Of a DNA stretch of 64,000 bases, positions 24,898 to 38,014 are shown one piece after another (the stretch's first letter is position 1; every line of letters starts with the position of its first letter). The stretch is taken from NCBI GenBank assembly GCA_010909165.1, contig MU008218.1, forward strand, positions 62,001-126,000, written 5' to 3'. Below the pieces are notes generated by a model. That model did not search any database and was not told where the DNA came from. It saw nothing but the letters and a program-made list of their open reading frames with translations. The DNA comes from Anthoceros angustus (taxonomy: Eukaryota > Plantae > Anthocerotophyta). Made by a program: the position numbers and the translations under genes.

Positions 24898-24974
24898 ATA
24901 TGACTTGTAGTCGTACCTACAGGAAGTCCTACGAACCATGACTTGTAGTCATACCTACAGGAAGTCCTACGAAC
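24898..24974 (+). repeat. Two-copy ~38-bp tandem repeat
   Basis: atgacttgtagtc(g/a)tacctacaggaagtcctacgaacc occurs twice. Confidence 0.9.
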
Positions 24975-25576
24975 CTATATGCTACTTTTCTGTGAAATGT
25001 GGATGTGTCTCATAGGAGGTGGTGTCGAGAACCCGGGTAGGTGCCATCTGGGATACCAAAGGGCTTAAGGGCAATCTTCGTGCAGGATGCATTGATAGCA
25101 TAAAATGAGCAAGGCGGCAACACGTTCTAGCCGAGAAATATGCAATTCCAGAGTAGGTCAGGACGGTTTCTAGTGTGGAATCAACCAAATCGAGGCAAAA
25201 ATTGGCGCGAGCACTTGATTGTCCCGATTGTAATTAGGTGAATGTGCCCCAGGAAATAAACCCCAATATCCATTCCCAAGCTAAGAATAGTAGATGTCTT
25301 TTACTATTAATTGTATTTACCTGGAGTATATTTTGATAAATGATGTTTAACCAAATAGTAAATACATGAAAATCCTGTTGGCCGGTAAATTTTTTCACCG
25401 ATGGATTTGATATAATTATGGTTTACCGATATGCTTTAACCCGAGATGCATCCTTCCATATAGTTGGGTATTTGGGTTTTGGGGGGAAAGTGGTGACTGG
25501 TTATTTAACGACAGGAAAATCACCACATGGCCATGTTCTCATTGGATGTACTCACTTCCACGTGCACCTCGTTCTG

Positions 25577-26342
25577 TGAACCATGTGTCCACCTTAGCTT
25601 GGCCTATCTACGGCCACCTGTAGTACCCATAATACACAAAGTTCTGTCCGGCCGGCTGCCCATCTCGTTCACCAGACGGGACTGGCCGAAGGATTTGACT
25701 GTCCAACGGATGGGACCGTCCTTCTGGCAGTCTAGACCATGGACCCTGGGAGAACCGAACACTAACGTGGCCGCAGGAACCTGCGGTTATCATTTAACCA
25801 GCTGCAAATAAACATTCTTATGTTTTAAAGACAACGAGGTAAGAATAACCCAAGAATGACGAACAAAGGAAAGGACGCCCAACATTATTGTGGTGGCAAA
25901 AACGTTGAGTGCTTGTTACAAACGACGTTATTTTCAACCCCGCATTATAGAAGTGTATGCTCGCTGCTCGTGGAACCATGTGTCCACCTTAGCTTGGCCT
26001 ATCTACGGCCACCAGTACCCATAATACACAAAGTTCGTCTCACCATCTCGCTCACCGACGGACCGTCAAGGATTTGATCCCAACGGATGGGACCGTCCTT
26101 CTGGCCGCAGTCTAGACCATGGACCCTGGGAGAACCGAACACTAACGTGGCCGCAGGAACCTGCGGTTATCATTTAACCAGCTGCAAATAAACATTCTTA
26201 TGTTTTAAAGACAACGAGGTAAGAATAACCCAAGAATGACGAACAAAGGAAAGGACGCCCAACATTATTGTGGTGGCAAAAACGTTGAGTGCTTGTTACA
26301 AACGACGTTATTTTCAACCCCGCATTATAGAAGTGTATGCTC
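25577..26342 (+). repeat. ~390-bp tandem duplication (copies ~25577-25962 and ~25971-26342)
   Basis: gaaccatgtgtccac...agaagtgtatgctc occurs twice. The second copy has small indels in its first third. Confidence 0.92.
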
Positions 26343-27111
26343 TGCCAAGCTCGTGATAGCTCATACTAGGTGACCAAGAATCTCCACTTCATTGATTATC
26401 CATTGCATATTGCTTGTGCATCACTACTAGAAACATGGTGCCCATGTTACGGGTTTTTGACACAGTTCTTGTTACGGCCCTCTAGAACGTTACATTGTTT
26501 GCTTCGTGCACAGGCTTTGCATACAAGCCTCCATTTGTTACACCTGTATGTAACACTATTCCCTTCCCAGGCGGGTGAATTGTGTTCCTATTACCCGCCC
26601 TCCCCGTCTTTTCGCAGCTGCCCCCTTATAATACAATATTCAGGTTCGTCTCGGTTTAAAGAGTGCGCTGAAGTCGCGGGCTCCACACGATGCGCCAGTG
26701 TCAGGGAACCGGAGTTCCGCTCCCGCTTGTATGCATTTTTTTAAGTGCGTGGCTCACATCGATGGCGTCCATCGTGTCCGCCCTACTGGCATTCCATACG
26801 TCTGTATAGGGCGTACGTACATGGCCGTGTGCCATGGAGGAAATGGAGCGCGATGGCCATAAAGGGCGCCATGACTGTCCGGACGGCCGTCCACGGCCAC
26901 GACATGTAAGTCGGTATGTCCGGCTGAATGCCCATGCTAGGGTGAGTTGTGTGTACTTGCAACCAGTGGGCAAACGATTTGACGGCGGTGTGCGAAAGAG
27001 GGCGTGGACTGCGTGACTCAATGCAGCGACTACGCGGGCGCGTGGCGTCGATCGATGTCTTGGGATGCGATTTTGGCATCCACGACAAACAACGCCGCAG
27101 TTGGTTGCTAG

Positions 27112-28200
27112 CTAGTGGGCCTTCGAATGAATTGTGCCTCCTTGCAAAAGCGGTGCATTCGTAACATGGAACATGACATTCCCTAGCCTCTGAGCGTTAC
27201 ATACATCACACACCAAGTTTCGACATGAACTGCACAAGAAACTCGCCTTCAAAACCTCCACGTTCACGGGATCGGAAAGACACTTTATTCGGAACAGGTA
27301 CGCATGCGATCGACCAGCGATGAGCCCATACAGTATCCCTCCAGCCAAGGTGTAGCACGCCTCGACTATCATTTCTGCTGCCTCGAGATGCTGGAAATGC
27401 CCTTCGTCATTGCACATGAAATCTGCATAACCGGCAAACCGCTCCACCCTGTTGTAAGTGAATAGAAATCTAGTCTGAAACCTGTGGAAGTTTGCACTGT
27501 CCACTTGTTGCTTCATAAGCGTCACTATACCACATGCTACTGAAGGGGATGTGAGCATGGATCGCAAGGCATACTCTGGCCCTATCCAGAGCAGGTACCG
27601 ACGCGCATCCCATTGAGGGCCTCTGTCCCGCACATAGATATGCTGGCCCCACATCCACTTGTGATATTGAGCCTCTTCTTGCAAAGATGTCCGCAAGTTC
27701 CCACAAATCCATTGTGCCTTGTTTGGTGTTGACATATTTTCACCAATTTGGGCCACCTTCAAGACTACAAGAACGCTAAACTTGTTGGTCCCTACCATCG
27801 CATCGCAATACATTCTCTCCTTGGAGTCTCAAACCTCGTGACAATGATATTGTCTCGCCATGTTGCCTCGGTTCGGATCGCTCAAACACGAATATAGCGA
27901 GCTCTTCGCCGCCCCGTAAAGCCCACACCCAACCTTTCCGAGCATGCCGCCCCACACATCCACCCTTTCCCCACCATCTCGGATCGCAAAGATCGCAACG
28001 GACCATCGCCTTCCAAGCTTGCCCTTGCTGCAAAAACGATGATGCATTTCGGCAACCCCGATGCCTCCATGACCGACCACCCACTTGCCATCTCCCGCTT
28101 CCCACACGAATCTGTCTTCATCCCAAAGCGGTAGGCCCAGACATACACCTTCTCCTCACCTTCCACGGGCCCGAGGTCCGGCCCAAATCGGAGGGGCAGC
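27112..28200 (-). pseudogene. Unknown cargo ORF inside the CACTA element (233-aa open part at 27112-27813, broken upstream frames)
   Basis: Long protein-like ORF with a C-terminal CxxC-x4-CxxC (CSSCRNLVCDVC). The upstream continuation appears broken by a stop and frameshifts. Confidence 0.4.
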
Positions 28201-28737
28201 ACTTCATCCCTTCGGCCCGTTGGTGCGGGAGCCGCGTCAGACGTGTCATAACTGCTTCCTTCAGACGCCTCCGCCCATGCCGCCTCCCACCGCTAAACGG
28301 TATTCTATTGGCGGTCTCGCCATTGCTAAGGACACCACCGCCCATGCTACGTGTTTCGTAATGGGTCGGGACATGTCCGGAAGTAAGCCTCTGTCTCCGG
28401 TGTTTCTTCCATGGCGCAGGCGCGACAGATGGCGGGCGCATCGGCCGTGAAAACCGCAATCGGATTCACGATCACCACACCGCCTCTTCCCCGCAAGATA
28501 TGCAAGAAACGACGCTGCTAGAATTGTGGATAACACTTACCACCGGAGCGCACTGGATATCGCCTTCCGCAGGATGGTGGTTGTATCGGTAAGTGGTACA
28601 CATTTAGTACCGCATTTCCGACGGGCATGAGTTTTCGCCATAAAGCACTTGCTTGCCGTTGGAGAGTTCACAACGGCTGCCCTCACGCGCCGATCGCCGT
28701 CGGCGACAAATACTCACCATCGCCACTTCATTCTCAC

Positions 28738-30640
28738 CCTCGCCTTCCTCGCGACACGAAGGAAAGAAGCTCTCCCCCACGCTTCATTGATTTCCGATGT
28801 GCCTATCTCCGAAGGGGCGAGGAGAGTCGAACACAATGAAGCGGCGTACGCCTCCTTGTCAATCCTCGCGGCACAATGGTCCGACGCTCGTATCCGGAGT
28901 TCACAACGTACATGTATTGTCCATGCCCGAGTTGTGCAGGAAGCACCATTAAAATTCGCGACATTTCGTTTCGACCGCCAAAGAAACAATCCGGTCTTGG
29001 TTCCGCGAGGTGTGTATTCCGATGTTTTTACGCTCTTCGTGGATGCGAACGATGATCCGCCTCGACCCCCTCATGCCCACATTGAGTTACGCCCGCAGGC
29101 CGATGCCCATTCTCATGAAGTTGGCAATGGCCACCCGCCTGTGGACACCGATGCGGATGCGCATGCGGACCCGCCTGTGGACACCGATGCGGATGCGCAT
29201 GCGATCGACCACACCGCCCATGCCGCCTCGCAACCGCAAATGCGAGTGCGTGAACTCACGACCACACGGCGGATACAGGCGAGCCAATGCCGGATTTTCT
29301 TGCAAGGACGTGAAAGAGAGGAAATGACGGGCGGATACAGGCGAGCCAATGCCGGATTTTCTTGCAAGGACGTGAAAGAGAGGACATGACTGCGGACCTT
29401 GATGCGGACCATCGCCTTCCTCGCGACACGAAGCTCTCCCGCTTCATTGATTTCGATGTGCCTATCTCGAAAGAGACTGATGAAGCGCGCCTCCTTGTCA
29501 ATCCTCGCGGCACAATGGTCCGACGCCGGATCCGGAGTTCTAGCGTACATGTATTGTCCATGCCCGAGTTGTGCGAAGCACCATTAAAATTCGCGACATT
29601 TCGGCCTTTGCCCGACAAACAATCCGGTCTTGGTTCCGCGAGGTGTATTGATGTTTTTACAGCTCTTTCGTGGATGCGAGCGATGATGCTGACCCCCTCA
29701 TGCCCACATTGAGTTCGCCCGCAGCCGATGCCCATTCTCATGAAGTTGGCAATGGCCACCCGCCTGTGGACACCGATGCGGATGCGCATGCGGACCCGCC
29801 TGTGGACACCGATGCGGATGCGCATGCGGACCCGCCAAACGACGCCGCCGCCTGCCAACCGCAAATGCGAGTGCGTGAACTCACGACCACACGGCGGATA
29901 TGAACAGCCAATGCCGGATTTTCTTGCAAGGACGTGAAAGAGAGGAAATGACGGGCGGATACAGGCGAGCCAATGCCGGATTTTCTTGCAAGGACGTGAA
30001 AGAGAGGACATGCTGCGGACCTTGATGCGGACCCGCCCGCGACACGAAGCTCTCCCCGCTTCATTGATTTCGATGTGCCTATCTCGAAAGAGACTGATGA
30101 AGCGCGCCTCCTTGTCAATCCTCGCGGCACAATGGTCCGACGCCGGATCCGGAGTTCTAGCGTACATGTATTGTCCATGCCCGAGTTGTGCGAAGCACCA
30201 TTAAAATTCGCGACATTTCGGCCTTTGCCCGACAAACAATCCGGTCTTGGTTCCGCGAGGTGTATTGATGTTTTTACAGCTCTTTCGTGGATGCGAACGA
30301 TGATGCTGACCCCCTCATGCCCACATTGAGTTCGCCCGCAGCCGATGCCCATTCTCATGAAGTTGGCAATGGCCACCCGCCTCGATCGCACTGGGGCCAC
30401 CGATATTCCGGTGCACAGCCCGCTTGCCCGGCTTTGTCAGCGCAAATGCGAGTGCAGGTGAACCCGCTGACCACACGGCGGATACAGGCGAGCCAATGCC
30501 GGATTTGGTGTATGGTTGTGAAAGAGAGGACATGCCTGCGGACCTTGATGCGGACGCGCCTGTGGACACTGATGCGGACGCGCATGCGGACCATGACGCG
30601 CATGCGGACCATGACGCGCCTGCGGACCTTCATGCCGACG
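28738..30640 (+). repeat. Three-copy ~620-670-bp tandem array containing the TnpD N-terminal YCPCxxC segment and internal 33-bp and ~60-bp sub-repeats
   Basis: Units start at ~28738, ~29410 and ~30035. Each has atgtattgtccatgcccgagttgtgc (MYCPCPSC) and gatgcggatgcgcatgcggac-type sub-repeats. Confidence 0.88.
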
Positions 30641-30779
30641 GAGGAGATTCTGTGGACTTGGATGAACTGTTCCCGACGTACCTGGCAAGGAGAGAGCATA
30701 TGCCGGATGCGAAATGCCCTTGTTCACCATCGCAGAACCTTGCACCTCGAAAGAGTCCCGCTTAACTGCGACCCTGCTC

Positions 30780-33700
30780 TTGCTTTCCATTCAATCTCGT
30801 TATGGCATACCTGACGTCGCGATGTCAGATTTATTGCAGGTTGCTGGGCTGCATTTGTTGTCTGAGAGGAATTCTCTGCCCAAGTCGATGACGGAGGCTA
30901 AAAAGACATTGTACTCCTTCGGGCCGCACTTCAAGAAAATTCATGCCTGTAAATGACGATGTCAGACGGGCCCCTATCACGGACCATGTGGAATGCATTA
31001 AATGCTCGCAGATGATATGTCGAGCGTGGACCCGCCAAACGACGCTAGGAGAGGCTTCGTCCGTTGTGGCAAGCGGTGACCAAAGGCGGCTTGGCACAGA
31101 CTAGGATGGACTTACAGTTCAGGCGGGCCCGCAAAGCTTGAAGCCCGCGTACGTAGATTTTTGTTTCCATATAGACCGAGAGAACACCATCCTAAGTCCG
31201 AGTTAGCCACTTGCAAAGTAAATCCAGACGCTACATTTGACATCAAAGCTGAGACAATCAAGACTTCTTGGCGTTAGAGAACCAAAAAAAATATATAATA
31301 CCATTTTCATAGAACGATAGATAATATATAGATATACAGATACTATAAGAGCGCCTTCGCTCGCAGATTCATGGCTTCGGCCTTGAGTCACCGAGGCCAC
31401 AAAAATGAGTGCATACTGCTTGGTTGGACCGGTAGAGGCGGGATGTTGAAGGCTAGAAGTCAAGCTAGAAAGAGGTGAGGGCTGGAAAAAAGATTCGGGG
31501 AGTCGAAGGTGAACCTTCGTGGCACTTTCCAAGGATAGGCCCGCATGTTTAGAGCACCGCATCGCAAGGCTAATGACAACAGACATGGATCTGGAGCACA
31601 GATGGGTCCATGGGCATAATGGCCGACACACCGACATGGGAGGTTTTAGATGGATTGGATGGCTTTGGCTCGGAACCCGTAAACATCCGTCTCGCTCTTG
31701 CAACGGAGTTTAACCCATTTGGACACAAGTCCACAACTACATCTATATGGCTGTTATGCTATTCTTACACAACCTTCCACCATGGCTAAGCACGAAATCC
31801 GCTTATACCATCATGCCGCTTATTGTGCCGGCCCTCACATTGTCGAACTTTGATGTTTACATGGAACCTCTTTGGAGGAGTTGAGAGACTGGCATGGGAT
31901 ACCCATGGACGACTTCTCTTTCCGGACGACAGCGCGCTTCACGTTGCGGCATTGTTTTCATATGATTATCCGGCATTGGCACACTCCATGGCTTTTAGGT
32001 GAAGGGTTCAAGGGCATGTGCGGAATGTTGGGATGGCTTAGACTCTCGCTGGGCCCACCACGTGAGAAGGAGGAGTACCTTGGCTCCCGGCGGTGGCTTC
32101 CGCCCAATCATCCCATGCGGCGGGTAGACATGGACCGGTACAACAATGAAGTGGAGCGGCGGCCTCGTCCCAATCCCCCCTCGTTTGACGCGCTAATGGC
32201 AGACATGGAAAAGAGAGATAATGCAACAGTCCGGGAGTTGAGGGAGAGAGGCAAGTTTGGCACCGCAAAAGCTTATGGTTTGATTACCCGTATTGGAGAC
32301 ACATCTTGAGGTGGACACAAAAGGATGTGATGCACATTGAGAAGAACAATGCAGAGGCTTTGTGGCAGACCTTCATAGGAGAGAAAGATGATCTACGATC
32401 CCGTTTAGACATGGAAGAATACGGGGGCCAGCAAGAGCTATGGCCATTGCCAAGGAATAGGGAGACCTTATTGCCTGCTCCGTATGTCTTATCCAAGCCG
32501 GACTTGGATATGGTTTTTGCGGAGATGCAGGCCATAAGGTTACCAATCGGATACGATCAAACATCGCTGCAAAATCAAGGCCCCGCAACCGGGAAACCTC
32601 AAAGCTCATGATTGGCATGTTGTTATGGAGATTTATTTCCCTATTGTCTTACGGGACGAATCAAGCCCTCGATACAAAGCGTGATCGCCTCGAAACTATA
32701 TCGCTGGATATGCCAACGTCGGATTCCGGGGGATGAGGTTGGGAGAATGCAACAAGAGTGCATCAGGGTCATGTGTCAGCTGGAAAGAGAATTTCCACCC
32801 AACTTGTTTGATATTTCGACGCATCTTATTATTCACTTGGTGGATGATGTTGCGGCATTGGGCCCGGTAAGTGTGCTGGATGTATCTTGTGGAGAGGTAT
32901 TTGGGGAGCGGAAGGACACTATTAGACAACAGAGCAAACCCGAGGCGATGGCGGAGGGATATGTGAGGAGGAATCTTTCTTTGTATGCTAAGTCGTACCT
33001 TAGTGAACACTATCCTCCGTCCCATATTTGGGCGATAAGTTCATGAAGAATGCGACGGCGAAAGGCATTAGGCATGGGGCGCCCATACAAGTTCTGACGC
33101 GAGTTGCACCAGGTCCACACTTTCATCTTGGTCCACATCCAAATCTTAGACCCATTCTTGCAGCAGTACAAGGAAGAGGTGGAACAAGGAGTAATGACGG
33201 AGCCATCTTTTCGTGCATGGATCCATGCTGGCAGAGATTCAGGCCGGTGGGAAGATTCAGGCCGGTGGGAAAATTCAGGCCGGTGGGAAGATTCAGTCCA
33301 TCTCACTGACGATGTGGCTGCAGTTATGGACGGGCCGTCCCTTTGGGCCACGGCATACAGGCACATGGCATGCAAGGGAAGCCACCTTCGGACAGTCGCC
33401 GCAGACGAAGAGTCGAAAGTGACACAGGACAGTGGTGTGTTCACCCGGTACGTCATGGGGGACGAAGGGGAGCGGACTTACTATGGCCATGTCCAAGAAA
33501 TCCTGCGGGTCTCGTTTTGGGGTACGAACCACTCATCCTGAAGGTGAAGTGGTTCGAGTGCAATCCGCACGGCAGATCTCCTTCGTTGATAGAAACGATC
33601 ACAGGTTTCCACCGCATGTTCACTAGGCGCTATTGTACGTATCGGGCAGATGATGTCGATACCCCATTCATATGGCCAAATCAAGTGACCCAGTGTATTC

Positions 33701-33830
33701 TACATGCTGATGCACAGACAGAAGAGAGGGGGTGGGCATTAGCCGTGCCCACTCCCGCACGGGGGTGGAGGGAGGAGGAAGGAGGGAAGCGTGATGGACA
33801 TTGTGGACGGCTTTCAGATAGGAAGTGAAA
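30780..33830 (+). pseudogene. CACTA TnpD/Tnp2 transposase remnant (Transposase_21, DUF4218 and DUF4216 regions), heavily frameshifted
   Basis: Fragments NSLPKSMTEAKK...KKIHAC, FNPFG, HNLPPWL, FDVYMEPL, YLGSRRWLPPNHPMR, DVMHIEKN, LKAHDWHV, LEREFPPNLFDISTHLIIHL, YYGHVQEI and KVKWF. Confidence 0.92.
33234..33296 (+). repeat. In-frame 18-bp tandem repeat x3 (DSGRWE)
   Basis: agattcaggccggtggga is repeated here and is single-copy in the duplicate at ~35124. Confidence 0.9.
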
Positions 33831-34080
33831 CGATCCATTGAAACCCTAACTAAACGAAACCCTCTACTACCCCGCATGTATGGACCTGGCTTACAAGCTC
33901 AATTCTGCCTTTAGGCTAATAACAAGAGATGCAGATAACAGTTCGCACTATTCCCGAGATGTCGGATGTTCGGAAGTCAACAACAATTCTGCTCTATGCC
34001 ATCGTCTTCTTTTCCATAAAACTATCCAGCAATATGCAGAAGGTGGCGACCTCGGGTCATTTATGGCGGGCTTTGTCCGC

Positions 34081-35893
34081 GGCCTCGTCCCAATCCCCTC
34101 GCTTGACGCTAATGGCGTATATGGAAAGAGAGATAATGCAACAACCGGAGTTGAGGGAGAGGCAAGTTTGGCACCGCCGCAAAAGCTTATGGTTTGATTA
34201 CCGTATTGGAGACACATGCCGAGGTGGACACAAAGGGATGTTATGCACATTGAGAAGAACAATGCAGGCTTTGTGGCACCTTGATAGGAGAGAAAGATGA
34301 TCTACGATCCCGTTTAGACATGGAAGAATACGGGGGCAAGCATGAGCTATGGCCATTGCTAGGGAATAGGGAGACCTTCTTGCCTGCTCCGTATGTCTTA
34401 TCCAAGCCGGACTTGGATATGGTTTTTGCGGAGATGCAGGCCATACGGTTACCAACTGGATACGCATCAAACATCGCTGCAAAACTGGCGTCTGGCAAAC
34501 TGGGAAACCTCAAAGCTCATGATTGGCATGTTGTCATGGAGATTTATTTCCCTATTGTCTTACGGGGACGAATCAAGCCCTCGATACAAAGCGTGATCGC
34601 CTCGAAACTATATCGGATATGCCAACGCCGGATTCCGGGCATGAGGTTGGGAGAATGCAACAAGAGTGCATCAGTCATGTCACCGGAAAGAGAATTTCCA
34701 CCCAACTTGTTTGATATTTCGACGCATCTCATTATTCACTTGGTGGATGATGTTGCGCATTGGGCCCGTAAGTGCGCTGGATGTATCCTGTGGAGAGGTA
34801 TTTGGGGAGGAAGGACACTATTAGACAACAGAGCAAACCCGAGGCGATGGCGGAGGGATATGTGAGGGAGGAATCTTTCTTTGTATGCTAAGTCGTACCT
34901 TAGTGAACACTATCCTCGTCCCATATTTGGAGCGATAAGTTCATGAAGAATGCGAAAGGCATTAGGCATGGGACGCCCATACAAGTTTACGACGGAGTTG
35001 CACCAGTCCACACTTTCATCTTGGTCCACATCCAAATCTTAGACCCATTCTTGCAGAAGACAAGGAGGAAGTGGAACAAGGAGTAACGACGAGCCATCTT
35101 TTCGCATGGATCCATGCCGGCAGAGATTCAGCCGGTGGGAAGAAGATTCACCATCTCACCGACGATGTGGCTGCTTATGGACGGGTCCCTTTGGGCCACG
35201 GCATGTGCACATGGCATGCAAGGAAGCCACCTTGGACCGCAGCATTTAAGAGTCGAAAGTGACACAGATGCGGTGTGTTCACCGACGTCATGGGGACGAA
35301 GGGAGCGGACTTACTATGGCCATGTCCAAGAAACTCGGGTCTCGCTGGGGTACGAACCACTCATCCCGAAGGTGAAGTGGTTCGAGTGCAATCCGCACGG
35401 CAGATCTCCTTCGTTGATAGAAACGATCAGGTTTCCACCGTGTTCACTAGGCGCTATTGTAATGACGGGCGATGATGTCGATACCCCATTCATATGGCCA
35501 AATCAAGTGACCCAGTGTATTCTACATGCCGATGGATGACGAAGAGAGGGGTGGGCATTAGCGTGCCCACTCCCGCACGGGGTGGAGGGAGGAGGAAGGA
35601 GGGAAGCGTGATGGACATTGTGGGCGGCTTTCAGATAGGAAGTGAAACGATCCATTGAAACCCTAACTATACGAAACCCTCTACTACCCCGCATGTATGG
35701 ACCTGGCTTACAAGCTCAATTCGCCTTTAGGCTAATAACAAGAGATGCAGATAATTCGCACTATTCCCGAGATCTCGGATGTTCGGAAGTCAACCACACT
35801 TCTGCTCTATGCCATTGTCTTCTTTTCCATAACACTATCCACCAATACGCAGAATGTGGCGACCTCGCGTCATTTATGGCGGGCTTTGCCCGC
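34081..35893 (+). pseudogene. Second, more indel-rich tandem copy of the TnpD 3' half (duplicates 32161-34080)
   Basis: Both copies start ggcctcgtcccaatcccc and end ttatggcgggctttg(t/c)ccgc, and carry the same HIEKN, HDWH and KVKWF motifs. Confidence 0.92.
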
Positions 35894-36569
35894 AGCGTCT
35901 CTCCACAGCTGTAAGAAGGACCCACCAAGTTTGGCGCTCCTCCACGAACAATCCCAAACATCGAGAGCCGGCACCAAGTCCATCCACTGTGATTTCAAGT
36001 AAACACCTCCCTACCTCCGACGCTGCATCCAAGGCATCTGCGTCGGACTCGGTAGCAACCCGAGCTCCTTCTTCGCGATTGCTGGGCGCGAGGGCGGGCA
36101 ACTGGCGAGACGCCCAGGCTTCGACCCAGGTCTGCCGGATGATGCTCTCCATCTCCGTCAGAAAACGATCCCTATTGCCGCCGTCATCGGGTGCAGCAGC
36201 CATTGCTGAGACACTTTCCACCGATGCTGCAAGTGCACAAAACGGGGGTGAGCAGGAAGGTCGGGCGCGGAAGGACGGAAACGCATGAAAGTGAAGAGGT
36301 CGTCACCACACAGAGCACAAGCTTGCCGCGGAGCGCAGCACGGAGTTTGGAACAATGGCCCCGAGGAATGGCTAACCATCGATGAATTATAGAAATGCGC
36401 GCTCGCATCACGTCGCACAAGCAACGGATGAATTATAGAAATGCGCGCCGCACAAGCGTCTGCGGAATCAAGTTAGCGGTAAAGATTTTGTTCAGCTGCA
36501 TGCACGCGCCGCAACTGCCCATTGCCTGACAAGCATGTAGGTGTGTCGAAAACAAGTGAATGGTTAAGG

Positions 36570-37210
36570 TCATGTATGCGGAACACATGGACATGTACCA
36601 CATACTGCAATGAAGGTCATGTGCCATGTATAGGTAGAAAGATGGGATGCCGGAGGATATATCCTTGGATAATGGTGTGTAGTAATACAGCGAAAAATCC
36701 CACGGATACTGGTACTTATTCATTCCCGCCACCCAAGGACGACAGCCATATGAATGTATGCGAAAACATGGACACCACATACACACATGAAGGTCATGTG
36801 ACATATATAGACAACAGGTTGGGATGACGGATGATTTATCCTTGGATAATGGCACGGGATGAAATACATCGAATAGTGTATTAATACATTCAATATTGTA
36901 TTAATACACCGACTAATGGTACTTAATTATTCCCGACACCCAAGGACGACCGGCCTATAAATGCTGGCGCGCATGTATGCGAAAAATATGGACATTTTCC
37001 ACATACAGACATGTGGTCATGTGACATATGTAGGCACGGAACCGACATGTGACATATGTAGGCACGGAACCGACATGATCCTTGGCAAACCAACGATGCC
37101 GCATAGTATAAACCATTCCTTGGAGAATGGTTTATATTAATACCCAGAATTAAACATGGACAATGCTACTGCATTATCCCCGACACCCAAGGACAACCGG
37201 CCTATAAATG
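36570..37210 (+). repeat. Diverged ~190-250-bp tandem array (about 3 units) with a nested 28-bp duplication
   Basis: Recurring ccttgga(t/g)aatgg and cccg(a/c)cacccaaggac(g/a)ac at ~36725, 36931 and 37178. The 28-mer catgtgacatatgtaggcacggaaccga occurs twice at ~37018-37073. Confidence 0.75.
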
Positions 37211-38014
37211 GTGAGGGCCTATGGATAGAGATGCGAACGAGTCATCTCTTTTCTACAGCGATGCGCGGAATGACTGAACGGACACCAAAAGTGGCGTGCG
37301 TTCAAGGGAGGGCGTCGGGAGGATGTGTGCGAACCCGCACACATCCATACCCTAGGACATTGTCTGTGGAGGCAGAGCAGATGAAGGTCCGTAGATCTGC
37401 ACGACTGGCGGAGGTGAATTTGAAGGAGAAGGCATCGACTGCCCACGCGGCCATACAACGGACAACACGCCATCCCGAAAAAAAGATGAGATGCTAGACA
37501 ACACGGAGTACCTTGCAGGAAGCGGTTCGTGATTCGATTCTTGCAGACTGTGTGCACATATGGGCGGAGGATGACGTCATTGGGGAGTACTGTTCCGATT
37601 GCGGGGAGCTCGGGTATGCAGACCCGCCTCTGTTTGGAATAGAGACACGGTACTTGGTAACCAGCCCTCATCTAAAGAAGAGGTAGGGAAAGGCTGGAGA
37701 GGTAACCACACAGCCCTTTCTTAGATGGAAAGGGCAAGCCGTGGACGGCGTGTTTGACAGAAGCTTTTTTGCGATTGCCTTGTGAACGATGAGATTCATG
37801 TATGAAACTTGCCTTCGCTGGCATGCGTTGCAAAGCCGGTTGTAACGAAGAGGAGTAAAGGAAACGTGTAACACTTGTCACCCTATGCGTCAGCCATGCA
37901 ATTGGAATGAGAACGGGTGGCATGCGCGATAACAAGAATGGAAAACGGCTGAAGTGCAGTGTAACAGTCGATCAGTGTGGCGATGTGGAGTGATTTTCTA
38001 AACCAAGTGGTCAC

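Noticed and set aside
35854-37935. Assorted 100-150-aa ORFs in the CACTA interior
   Set aside because: No recognisable domain or coherent exon chain could be built.
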